DNA of 64,000 nt from Phoronis australis (lineage: Eukaryota; Animalia; Phoronida): the NCBI GenBank assembly GCA_002633005.1, contig NMRA01000300.1, positions 10,336 through 74,335 of the forward strand, written 5' to 3'. Of this stretch, positions 12,212 to 24,599 are shown in pieces. Numbering within the stretch: position 1 is the first letter of the stretch; each line of letters begins with the position of its first letter. Position numbers and translations under genes: made by a program. Under the pieces are notes generated by a model. The model saw nothing but the letters and a program-made list of their open reading frames with translations. It was not told the origin of the DNA and searched no databases.

Positions 12212-13795
12212 AAGGGGACTGTAGTCAAAATAATGTTGCAGTTAATCGGTTCTAACATACAAATAAAACTCACATTTGCCTGACTTGCGTGCCAAACAAA
12301 AGCCGATTCGAATTCCTGGTCAAAACACTGAATTCTGAAAGCGATCGCTGATTGGCTGATGTGTCAGTGACGTGACCGGCGGGGTATCGGCTAGCTGCTT
12401 TACACATTCATTGCTTACGCCATATTTGAAGAGTTTACATCGTAATTTATCATTGTAGCTATGCCTTTTTGTATGGCACCTGGTTGCTCAAACTCTTCGA
12501 AAAAGGCGTCTTCTAAAGGGATGGTCATCGCATACCATCGCCGGATTACCCAAGCCTTGGCCCAAAGCTCAGTGTAGATATAGGCCTACAGGTTTAAGCC
12601 GATATGGGTAAAAATGTACAAATAAAATCTGACTCAAATAAATGTCATTAAAACTAAGTCATCCTTGAGTAAATCTAGGAGCCAGGTCCCTAGAGTAAAC
12701 TAACTTCTGTATTTACCGGTGTTGGAAATGTTAGCGATCGTTCATCGACTGCTGCAAGTAAAATTGTGATGTGTTCTCTTGAGTCGGGCTTTTTGCGATT
12801 ACGTCACCTGACCTTTACCAGTTTCTTTTCCTCCTGATTCTTTTATCAAGTGTTAGTCGCTGACGGTACCTAGGTTGCGTACATGTTATAACAAATTATC
12901 GGAACTTGCTTCATTTTGTTTGAAGTTTTTAGTATTTTTACACCAGCAAACCGAATTTAGAACAACCTTGGTGCTGCGAAGCTGTTATCATGTCCCGAAA
13001 GATGTCTCAAAGTTTTATGAAATGGCGCGTGCGCCGTGTCACGAGCGTGATGTTTTTGAAACGGACGACACACTTCTTTGTTAAAAACGCAGCAAATTAT
13101 GCTACCAAATGACATTTATTTGATTGTTTTCCACTTAAACGGCTGCAACGAACAATGGGAGTGTCGGGTGACTACCAGATTTTGCATGCGCCCCCGCCGG
13201 TCCGTTAGCTTTATATGTTGATGTAGCCTAAGTTTTACGACGAGGTGACGAGCATAACTGAGTCAACTATATCCGGGCAGTCAACGGCTGTCTGAAATTT
13301 CGGGGTTAACGGAGCTCAACTCACAGTGGTACGATAGTCTTCACACAGCTACAGTCGGTAACTTACCAACCCTTCAAGTTTACAGAGCTGAGTATTGGCT
13401 GACAACTGGCTGACTGGATGGCTAGAGTCCACATTGCCCTCGGCACAGTCACTGACACCAGTTGCACCGGCAAATTTTCGTCTGACGATGACGATGACTG
13501 GGTATCACTTTGTGTTGCCTCGGCTCAAACAGGTATCCCTTGTGACCCGACATTTCACACTTAAGTTTCTTATTCCGACAATATGAAAAACGCTACTTGA
13601 TTGCACGCTAACACAGGACAGTGAGTTGGCCCCCGCCAAATACGTCACGAGACTAAGCCGCGCTCCAAGCCGGTATTTTTTGAGCTTCGTTAGAGAATAT
13701 AAGTTTAATTTTTGGTGTTGAATTATTTGTGAAATTAATCAACAATTCACACAAAAACTATCCAGAATTTATTCAGAATAAAATACAGTTCCCTT
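12212..13795. mobile_element. Non-autonomous Kolobok-type transposon A (1584 bp, TTAA TSD)
   Basis: TTAA(12208-12211)|aaggggactgta ... tacagttccctt|TTAA(13796-13799), with RR...YY termini. It is absent at the homologous site of the second copy (gagcttatggttatc near 17360). Confidence 0.9.
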
Positions 13796-13799
13796 TTAA

Positions 13800-15115
13800 G
13801 GTTATCTCAAACGTTATTCTCAAAATTGGCCATTTTTACAATATTTCACGTAAGTCTAGCAAAATACATTATCTTGATTCTCGAGGAGCTTCAAATGCAA
13901 AATATATATCGTGTAGCGAGAAAAATAGATTTATCAGAACCCCCTTGAAACTGCACAACCACATGGATATTTGTTTACATCTTATTCGAGGTCAAAAGTT
14001 ACAGGGTTGTCATTCTAATCTCTAGGTACAGAGCAGCTTCGTATGTACCCTCAGTCCTTTCATTCACTGAGTCGCCATAACATTAATTCAACGAGGTGTA
14101 CTGATGATAGAAATGTGCCGGGGAAAACAAAGACAAAATTGTAGTTTTGATCCCGAGGGAGTTGCATAGACCATTGAGAACGCATGCTTTGAAGAGTCGC
14201 CTCACGCCTCTGTGGTCATGAGCTCAGCAAGTTGTGAAAAGATATTAATACTTATCCAAATTCCTTAATTCAATAAGTAAATTGGCATTTCGGTGTTTTG
14301 ATCTCATGCTAACGATGTGCTTGAACCACCGACTCGATTTTTGCTAAAAATTTCTTGGTTTCGTATCAGTCTCCCGGCACGTGACGTTTACAGACTACGT
14401 GTATAACAATGAACTATGACCTACTTTTAAGTAGGTCAAACAACAGCAACAGTTTGTTTCCACCTCGTGGCTGTGGACGGTACGTTTTAATTAATTTAAT
14501 TACGCATTTTAAATTCCGTTGACATTATGAGTGAATAGCTAACATTGTTCAGGCATGTATAGGTTATATTGAACGAAAACAAGTTTTCACCGAATAACCT
14601 TTTGTCGGCTTCGGCAAATTGCCTTTATCTGAACTTAGGAACACGAGTTTTCGAAAACGGCTCGGTGGATTTCGCTGAAATTTTCCAAACTTTATATTTA
14701 TTCACCAATCTCATAAACGCTGTTAGGATTTTTGATATAATATCTCAGTTTTGCGTAATATAACAAAGACGAATACGACTTCTATTATTTACAAAAAACT
14801 TACATTTGCGAGTTGATTTGTCATAGACACCAAACAAAAAGACTAATCGAAAATTCCTAACAGCTTTTTGAGGTAAATGGTGAAGTTTTCATTTAAAAAA
14901 GATTTCATTAAAATCGACCGAGGGTTTATTTTGCTACAAATGTACCTTTCTTAAAAATGAAATTCACATAATAATAATAATGGTACATAAATACAAAACA
15001 TATTTTTGTATTCCCTGATCACGAACGAGAAGAAGAAGATATTTACTAGTTGACAGAGCTTATTTTTTGATATTCGAGTTAGAATGCAGGTAATTAAATA
15101 AGGTTTAAGATAACC
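13800..15115. mobile_element. Non-autonomous Kolobok-type transposon B (copy 1)
   Basis: TIRs ggttatctcaaacgttatt / aataaggtttaagataacc, flanked by TTAA and TTAT. Confidence 0.8.
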
Positions 15116-17366
15116 TTATAGGGAATGTATTATTTGAAGGCTTTCTGGACAAGTCGGTATATTTAAATTCTTGTTTTTTGAATCTTCGTACTCGTTTTTT
15201 TATTATAACGATGTTAAAGACCCACGCAGCAGTCAAGATGGACTGGCGAACTAAGTGGAATGAATCAAGTTAGCGGCGATGACTCTATTCACTGAAGTAA
15301 TCACTGAACTCCACGGGGTGTCTATGACTTTATCATATGTAATTAGGAACGCTAACCCTCTGTACTTTAATACNTGACCTCAGATTATGTTTGTCGACCA
15401 GGAAAAATTCTCAAGTCGCCATTGTGAGTATCAAAAGTCAGACAATAACTCCCCGAAATTCGTTTCAAAGTTTTGCAAAGTTTAAATTACTAAAAATTTC
15501 TCTCGACATTTTTACCTTTGGTTCAAAATTGTTCATTTTATTTCGTGAAATCAGTGCAAGTGCTATCTCAGCAAGTCGCACTCATCAAACAAGCGCTTAA
15601 CTTACAACAGGAAATTATAAACGTACGGAAGTGGGATTGTGCGGCAAAAATCGGAAGGAAATGAGTTGGAGAATGAATTTACGGTGAGATGGGGAGAAAT
15701 TGAAGACACCACGTAAGAATCTGTGAGTGGAGTACGATACGACCTATTTAAGTTGACGAATTGGACGCCGGGTTTGGGGACCTTAGATCAGATTGATTTC
15801 ATTTGACGATCTGGGGCTTTCAGCTTCGTCGAACTGAGATTTTCGCCAGGTCACCAAATGCGACTTTGCGTTAAGCTAAGCGTCAACTTGAAGCGCGTTG
15901 CTAGTTTCTATCAACAATGTTCACGTTCAGCACTTTTCGTGTGACCTCGCTCTGGCATGCTGGAATCACCCGGGGACATTTTTCAGATATATTTTTGTAT
16001 TTTACCATTTTTGGAAATGGAATGAAATCTGATCCCACAAGTAATGGATCAGGATATCGGCTGTCGGACATCACACTCAACATCCAGTATCACATTTTCG
16101 CCCCCTTGCATTGAGTTTCAAGCTTTGAACACAAAGATGTATCAGACGTTTATTTACGTCATGTGACCGCACTCTGATTGGACTATGAGGCTACTTATAT
16201 TGGTGGGTAGTGATCTTATGCTTCACCTTTATTGTCCTCGGTATTTCCCTAAATACCACAGCGCCCTCTGTCTAATGCTAGAGTATTACAGATGTGCACA
16301 GCTGCTTTGTAAATTATTATTTTATATCATCACTTCGACATTCATCTTTCTATTAACAATAATCATCAACTTTTTCATAGTGAGCAGAAACGCTGACAAA
16401 AAAAAAACAAAAATAGAAAGCAAAATGGGGTGCACCACTGAAATGTTTTTCACTGAATCTCCCTTTTGGAAGTGTCGGTGATCACGAATCTTGGAAATTA
16501 TATTTTCAAATTAATCCTATCAATTCGCTAGTAAATCATATTATCAAGTTGTGAGTGAACCAGTGTACTTCGTGGTACTGAGGCATGCAGTGTCTGAATG
16601 ATGTCGATGGATGACACCTCGATAATTGTCGATTTTGTTGTGCAAAGGGAGGAACAGTTAGATAAGGAAAAATTTGGCGAAGAGGTTCATTCAAATAAGC
16701 TTTCCAAATTTGAGGGGTTTTGAAAAAGTTGGTTTCACGTGGACTCGTCTTTGATAAATGTGCCTTACTCTTTAACTGTGGCTTTTATAAGCATTTATTT
16801 GTAATTTATGTTGCCATTTTCCCTCAAAATGATTATATGGTGTCCTTCTTGAAACTAAAAGAAGCATTATTTCACTCGGAAAGGTGGTTGACACGTCCAC
16901 GAGTATTACCTTTGTAACGTTTTCGACTCGTTCGAGCGCAGGAGTCATCTCACTAATTTGGTTTCATCAGTTAGTAGTGAGTGTTCACCTACTGTAGCTG
17001 GGTTGGCTGTAGCGAAGAAGGGTGTGATACAATTGTTAATCAAACATGATATTTTTGAGCAGGAAAAAAAGAAGAGAAAATGCCGGATAAAGTTCAAGTA
17101 AATAATGTTACAGTGACAACAACAACCATATAGAAACTGCGGTAACTCGGGTGTTAGCAACTGTGTGAGTTGTACACTTGTAATGGCAGGGAACGTTCAA
17201 AATGGCTGTAAAATAGCAACATATGGCGCGAATACTTTTGACTAATTCAATAATTTGGATTATCCAACTGTCGAAAAACATTCAAGTGAAAGAATAAAAA
17301 GGTGCAAAAAGGTGATAAAATTTCACTTCTATTCAAGTACGAGATTACTAGTTGATTTGAGCTTAT

Positions 17367-18741
17367 GGTTATCTCAAACGTTATTCTAAAATATTGGCCA
17401 TTTTTACAATATTTCACATAGGTCTAGCAAAGATTCTCGAGGAACTTCAAATGCAAAATATATATCGTGTAGCGAGAAAAAAGATTTAGTAGAACCACCT
17501 TGAAACTGCACAACCACATGGATATGTGTTTACATCTTATTCGAGGTCAAAGGCTACAGGGATGTCACTCAAATCTCTAGGTACAGAGCAGCTTCGTATG
17601 TACCCTCAGTCCTTTCATTCACTGAGTCGCCATACCATTAATTCAACGAGGTGTACTTATGATAGAAATGTGCCAGGGAAAACAAAGACAAAGCGTAGTT
17701 TTGATCCCGAGGAAGTTGCATAGACCATTGATAACGCATGCTAAGAGTCGCCTCACGCCTCTGTGGTCATGAGCTCAGCAAGTTGTGAAAAGATATTAAT
17801 ACTTATCCAAATTCCTTAATTCAAAAACTTAAGTAAATTGGCATTTCGGTGTTTTGATCTCATGCTAACGAGGTGCTTGAACCACCGACTCGATTTTTGT
17901 TAAAAATTTCTTAGTCTCGTATCAGTCTCCCTGCACGTGACGTTTACAGACTACGTGCATAACAATGAACTATGACCTACTTTTAAGTAGGTCAAACAAC
18001 AGGAACAGTTTGTTCCCACCTCGTGGCTGGGGACGGTACGTTTTAATGATACTTAAGTTAATTGCGCATTTCAAATTCCGTGGACATTGTGAGTGAATAG
18101 CTAACATGGTTCAGGCATGTATAGGTTATAATGAACGAAAACAAGTTTTTCACCGAATAATTAACCGAGTACTGAGATTTTCAGTCGTCCCTGTTTAATC
18201 GCCTTTTTGTCGGCTTCGGCAAATTGCCTTTACCTGAAATTAGGAACACGAGTTTTCGAAAACGGCTAGGTGGATTTCGCTGAAATTTTCCAAACTTTAT
18301 ATTTATTCACCAATCTCATAAACGCTGTTAGGATTTTTGATATAATGGCTCAGATTTGCGTAATGTAACAAAGGCGAATACGACTTGTATTATTTACAAA
18401 AAAAAAACTTACATTTGCGAGTTGATTTGTCATAGAAACCAAACAAAAAGACTAATCGAAAATTCCTAACAGCGTTTTTGAGGTAAATGGTGACGTTTTC
18501 ATTTAAAAAAGGTTTCATTAAAATCGACCGAGGGTTTATTTTGTTATAAATGTACCTTTCTTAAAAATGAAATTTTGACTTAAAAGGTGTTTACATAATA
18601 ATAATAATGGTACATAAATACAAAACATATTTTGTATTCCCTGATCACGAACGAGAAGAAGAAGATATTTACTAGTTGACAGAGCTTGTTTTTTGATATT
18701 CGAGTTAGAATGCAGGTCATTAAATAAGGTTTGAGATAACC
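17367..18741. mobile_element. Non-autonomous Kolobok-type transposon B (copy 2)
   Basis: TIRs ggttatctcaaacgttatt / aataaggtttgagataacc (18/19 match), flanked by TTAT on both sides (17363-17366 and 18742-18745). Confidence 0.85.
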
Positions 18742-19081
18742 TTATAGGGAATGTTATTATTTGAAGGCTTTCTGGACAAGTCGGTATATTTGAATTCTTG
18801 TTTTTTGAATCTTCGTACTCGTTTTTTTATTATAACGATGTTAAAGACCCACGCAGCAGTCAAGATGGACTGGCGAACTAAGTGGAATGAATCAAGTTAG
18901 CGGCGATGACTCTATTCACTGAAGTAATCACTGAACTCCACGGGGTGTCTATGACTTTATCATATGTAATTAGGAACGCTAACCCTCTGTACTTTAATAC
19001 TAAGACTTAGCGTTTAAAAATAACGAAGAAATAACAGGTTTCACCCTGACACATGTGCCAAATCAAAAGTATACAAAGCTG

Positions 19082-19225
19082 GGGTTGATAGGGACATCAC
19101 TGGCTCAGAAGATGAGAGCTTGATAATGACATAACGGGATCAGGAGCTAAGGGCTTGATACAAGGATATAACGGGCTCAAGAGCTAAGGGTCTGATAAGG
19201 ACATAACTGGCTCAAGAGATGAGAA
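19082..19225. repeat. Degenerate ~34-bp minisatellite
   Basis: About 4 units resembling gcttgataaggacataacgggctcaagagctaag. Confidence 0.7.
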
Positions 19226-19312
19226 GTTAATTTTTGGAGCTGTTGACGGCTAGGATAGTACACGTGTTGCTGTCTTATTCATGCACTGGGTAACGTGACT
19301 CAGACTAGAGAC

Positions 19313-19495
19313 AGAAATTTGGTCGTGCGCTCCACATAACTATTCCTGAAAATGCTATTAAATATCACTTGAGCAGAAATGCAAAGAGTCTGAGAAAGAA
19401 TATGAACTGAGATAATTTCTATTACGTATCAAGAGACTGTCATGCGCTCATACAATCTTTAGCAATGGGAAGTGGGAGAGCAAGACCAAATTTCT
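19313..19495. mobile_element. Small MITE (~185 bp)
   Basis: agaaatttggtcgtgcgctccac is inverted by gtgggagagcaagaccaaatttct. Confidence 0.65.
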
Positions 19496-19525
19496 ACCTT
19501 AAGTCTTACGTCACTTTCATGATAC

Positions 19526-19692
19526 AGACCCCTGGTCATAGCTAAACAGACCCCAGGTCATAGCTAAACAGACCCCTGGTCATAGACCCCAGGTCATAAC
19601 TAAACTGACCTCTGGTCATAGCTAAACAGGTTCCTGGTCATAGCTAAACAGACCCCTGGTCATAACTAAACAGACTCCAGGTCATAGCTAAT
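19526..19692. repeat. 22-bp minisatellite
   Basis: About 7-8 copies of cagacccctggtcatagctaaa. Confidence 0.9.
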
Positions 19693-21989
19693 ATGTGACC
19701 GGAGCTATACAGTACCAAACTCAACTGCGTTTTTGTGATTCATATCTCCGTTTCCATAGGGCAGGATGAAATCGAGACCAGTGAGCTTATAATTAGTACC
19801 CTTATAGTACTCGAGGGCCTGTCACATTAGAAACTTTCCGCTACGTGGTTCCGAGATCGACTTCGAGATAACGTATCTCGGTTTCGTTCGCGTTCACAGG
19901 TTTACATGTATAGCAACCAGCGCTGTACTAACTGGTACTAGACCTACTTCAGCTGACGAGATTCATGTATCATGTAGAACGAGAGTGGCGTAGACGATGT
20001 CATAACCCACGAGACATTTTCAGCGTACGGACCGAGAATTTGAAAACAGTATTGGGATGAAAGAGTTTATATTTCGTCTGTGTTTCAACAATAGTGAATC
20101 TGATGATTTTTTTCTAAATCTTGCACTGTTTTACCCTAACCCCCAAGAAGTAGTTCGAAACTATCTGTTTAAAAGGTACTATTACGAGTTTTTGCTTTCC
20201 GTGCCTCTATAACTATTCAGGAGGGTATGGGTAGACAAAATTTCAAATTGGTCGAGAAAACCACAGCATATGTTGATGTGAAGCTATAAGCAACATCACG
20301 ACTTGGGGCACAAACAAAAATGGGCGACTTCATTACAAACACAAACCAATTCAAGAAAGAGTTCTTAAGTTTGACTTAAGTGTTTGACATAAATTGTGTC
20401 TTAATTCTGACTAACTTGCCGAATGTGGAAGTTTCAAAGTTTGGAAGTTAAGACAAATCTTAAACTTAAGACAAAAATGAACTTAAGTCAGTTTCTTGGA
20501 ACAGGCCCCTGATTTACATGTTTATGTATTCGAAAATCGACCGACTCATAGGCGATTTTGACTATGGTAAGCTACATCATGTAATCTTTTAACAAATTGA
20601 TGATGCTTCGGTGAATTTTGATGCAGGCTGAAATTCGCAAACACTTCTATCATATATGTACAGTTCCCAAACAGCAAAGTGCACTTGGTGAGTTTTGTCA
20701 GTCTGATAGTATCTTATAAAAGTAGCCGTTGGTGTTTCTATGCGTTCCGACATAGAATGGTGAAAGTTGCGCAGCTGAATATCATTTGACACTCCCCTGG
20801 GGCAGCCATTAGAAACTCGGGTATTCACCTTCAACAAGAGATTGAAACACTTTCACAGCTCACCATGAACACCACTCATTTTCATAATGTACCCCTTCAA
20901 GGCCTGACCACGATAAAGTGAACTTCCTCAAACTTGACCCGTAAGAGTGAATCTTGAGCTTAGACCTCATTTTGACAAAACTATAACCGAAGTTTCCGAC
21001 AAGTCGTCTGTTCGAGGCGATGCTGTTTGTATGCGCATTTCTCGGGTTTTCGCCTCCCGCAGGTTTTTATCATTCCGTAAAAACGCCTAATTTGAAGGAG
21101 TTTGGCATTGTAACGTTTTGGGACCCTAGCAAAGTGAAATTAATGAAAAATTCCCTCTAAAGGTGAAAATGATACCATAAACGTGAGGATGGGGGTATTA
21201 AACGGGTGTCGCTGAAATAGGGGTGGAGGGCAATACAATAGGTGCTGACCTTGGACGTGGAACAGGGGATGGCGACGGCGAAACTGGGAACAGTGGAGTT
21301 GAAACTGGACATAGCGAAAGCGAAACTTAAGTCGACCGAAGGAAACGCTCATATATATTTCGCCCCTGCTAAAGTGACCTACATCTATGTACCGGATTAA
21401 AGTTTTTTTGGAACCCCAAACCATGAAAAATCAGACGCCCCTGATACTTTAAGCTCTAGCCCGGTCGTCACAGTGTTTACCTACCTTCTGTTATTAACCG
21501 TCGCAATTCACGAGCTTGGTTATTGTGCTGTAGCTTACTGAAGTCAACAGATACCTTACCACCATGGAAAGTCAACGACTAGGTCAACTTATTTCGCAGT
21601 TCCACCGCACGTGCTATGTAATGCCATTTTGAAGTCACTGTAACTGTTCCCGGACTGAGTAACGCCAGGTGAAGATGCAATTTGTTTAAACTGAAACAGC
21701 CTTTCTGACTTAGAGTTTAACAACAAAACGGCCAAAAAGTCCGGTGAAAGTCAACAATTTTGAGCTTGACGCTTTCGCACATGTGAAAAAAGGTGAAAAA
21801 CTGGTTTTCTGACAAAACCTACTTACAAGCTTATAACATATTTACCTAGAGATGATCACGGATTTTACAATGAGCATATGTACACTATCATCCAAACTGT
21901 TAGAACACGCAAGACAGACCAGAAATAAATGAATTATTGGCTAATGATTCGGTTTAAAATAACCATATTTGTGACAAAGAAAGAAGTTT

Positions 21990-22113
21990 AAAATTAGCGC
22001 GTAAGCAAACAAAGACATGTTGATCCGACGTTTCGGTTTATTCACTGTAAACCGTTGTCAAGGCAACCGAAACGTAGGATCAATAAGTCTTTATTTACTT
22101 ACGCGCTAATTTT
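21990..22113. mobile_element. Penelope-like inverted pseudo-LTR remnant with degenerate hammerhead-like core
   Basis: Inverted arms of about 48 bp (aaattagcgcgtaag...cgtttcggtt / aaccgaaacg...cttacgcgctaattt). The minus strand reads cttgacaa-cggttta-loop-taaacc-gaaacgtcg, resembling the CUGANGA-stem II-GAAA core found in PLE pseudo-LTRs. Confidence 0.55.
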
Positions 22114-23493
22114 TGAAGTTCGCTCTCATGTTTTGGCCAAAAACAAGTGTAATCAAAGAAAGAATTCCAAGTAACATTTTAAAATTATGTTGTTTGAAAA
22201 TGCAATGTTTTGACAGTGGTGTATTTCACATGGCCTGTAAACTTGCTACTTTTTGTCATTTATTTACGAGTTAGCTTCCTAGAAATGATCGAGTGACCAC
22301 TGTTTGTGTCCCGTTTGCTTTGGGGTTTTTATAATTTCGCGGAATGATCACATTCAACGCCCATTTATTGCCAAGCAATGGCATGAATACGCTATATCAG
22401 GCACAGGTGTTTAACAGCGTGCATGAGACATGATGCGTAACAGCTGACGTCAGCGGCATTCTCAGTGGAACATTTCTTTCACAATCTCAAGAGAATTGTA
22501 AAAGCACTCGTGTTCAATTCGTTATTTTAGCTACAAAAAGCCGTTAAGTTGACCACTCCAAACGTGTGGATTTATTAATAGTAGTGCGACGCTGGTATGA
22601 AGTAGGTGTTTCGTGTATAATGGCATAACCATTCTCAGAAAATATCGGAAAACTATATTTAGAACATTGATTTCGAATTCTTGAACTTGAAAGAGGTAGA
22701 CAAATAAGTGTTTTTAATTATGTGCTACAAATTCAGGGGGTGGAAACAATTCCACAGTCGAACCTATGAATTTTAGCTTCGATCCTCTCAACGTCAATCC
22801 CGGACCAACATTCTCCAAACCCGGCGGTACAAATTCCATGTCCTCGCCTCTATATTTCGCATAGTTACCGTGTTAACTCCGTGCCCAGTGAGCAAACTGA
22901 ATAGATTGTCTTCAGTGCATGTGTGGATTATAAGGGGCTCAGACTGTTATAGAAATTTTACAGCGCATTTGTCGTTTGCTGGTGGTATGGACTGAGGTTT
23001 AGGGAATCTTAGAGGCNACTTGGAAATTCTAGATATGATATCACTAAGATCAAGGAAAAAGGGAAGGTCAGGGCTCCTTGACTCCCTGGATCCGCCTATG
23101 TCCACGTACGTAACTCAGTGTCTGAGTTTTTCCAATATCAGATATTTCGTTTTTGCTGCTACAAAAGTTACGCAAAATGTGAGCGTTAGTACATGTTAAA
23201 AATTTCTATAATTCCAGCTATAAAGAAACCCTGCTTGGATATCAAGTTTAAGCTTAATTGTTGGTCTACTGAGAAGAGCAGACTTTATCATATCCCGTTA
23301 TAAGATATCGGGACACGACGCAATGGAGTTAACTTAAGGTTTATCACAACTTCTATAGCGCAATTACGCAAGGTCTTCAATGGTCAGTGCATGACGTCAC
23401 TTAAGGAGCCAAGCGTGGAAAACGATAGAAATTGCCTGCGTCCGCAACAGTAAAGATCTTTTTTAGAACTTACTAATTGTCCAATTAAATGAG

Positions 23494-23544
23494 CAACGCT
23501 AGTGTCATGAACAACGCTAGTGTCATGAACAACGCTAGTGTCAT
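23494..23544. repeat. 18-bp tandem repeat
   Basis: About 3 copies of caacgctagtgtcatgaa. Confidence 0.85.
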
Positions 23545-24093
23545 TTGAAACCGTGTCATGTACAATGTGCTTATAAACTTCACGAGTCAACTTACTGAGA
23601 CGACGTCATTTCCAGTCTGCAGGTGTTTTAGTTTAGTTTGATCAAAAGCGATTTGGGCAACGGCTGATTTTATATGTGCACTGGAAATTTGGCCACAATA
23701 TCTTAAAAATGGGTAAATATTGAAATTGACACTTCAATTGGAACTGAAATCTCCTTTAGCCTTGTGAAGCTTTATAACAATATGTGTAGGGCATGTGGAT
23801 TTATGTGTACATAGAATAATCAATGTCTGATCACGGGTTGTGTTATCATGTTGTTTAAAGCAAATTTCCCATATAAATAAAATAAAAATAAAAATAATAA
23901 ACATCTGACCTCTACTAAATGTTTTTGTTACAGTAAAAATAAAAAGTGTTCCATTGGGTTACTTAATCTTTTAGATTCTTATTCTATTGGATTTTATCAA
24001 CATTAAGCCAACGATGATAAAAAAATCTTCATTAATCTGTAGTTGTCGCACGGAAGGGTAGTGTGTAAAGTAGGCCTACCTACATGTAGGTCT

Positions 24094-24236
24094 GGCTAAG
24101 GTACAGCACCACGTCATACATCTACATATGGTTAGGGTACAGCACCACGTCATACATCTACATATGGTTAGGGTACAGCACCACGTCATACATCTACATA
24201 TGCTTAGGGTACAGCACCACGTCATACATCTACATG
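24094..24236. repeat. 36-bp minisatellite
   Basis: 4 copies of ggttagggtacagcaccacgtcatacatctacatat, which explains the repetitive ORF at 24128-24406. Confidence 0.9.
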
Positions 24237-24599
24237 TGCATTGGTGTCGTTACGGTGGGACAAAAGGGACCCACCTACTCAGTTTAAAGAAGTTTTTCTC
24301 CGCGCGCGTAACCTTGGGTAACTTGAAATTATTCAACAAACAAGTGTTAGTTAGAGCGTGCATAATTATGAGCGCCCGAGTCAGGGGAGTAACATTGCGG
24401 ACGTGATCACCAAGTAAAGTAATATCTTCACGTCAGTCTCCATTGGTTTCTTGATCTGTTTCATTAACACCGTTTGGGAAAAAGTTCGCTTGCGCAATCA
24501 GATCGAACGACGATCACGATATTTCGAAGATTAGAAATGAGTATAAATGCCTGTATTTACATGTAAGAGTGCTATTCTGAAAACAAAATCAAAGTGGGG

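Larger units (their letters stand above)
10170..19000 (+). repeat. Direct duplication (10170-15373 / 15375-19000) split by a single N; probable tandem-assembled alleles
   Basis: Both copies start tgacctcagattatg and end ctgtactttaatac, and the junction is one N at 15374. The copies differ by scattered substitutions, small indels and a 1.6-kb insertion. Confidence 0.9.

Noticed and set aside
10182-16917. Pairs of near-identical short ORFs (e.g. 11569 and 16720; 10701 and 15901) suggesting a conserved gene pair
   Set aside because: The similarity only reflects the duplicated or allelic segment. Other ORFs in it are broken by indels, and none has a recognisable domain.
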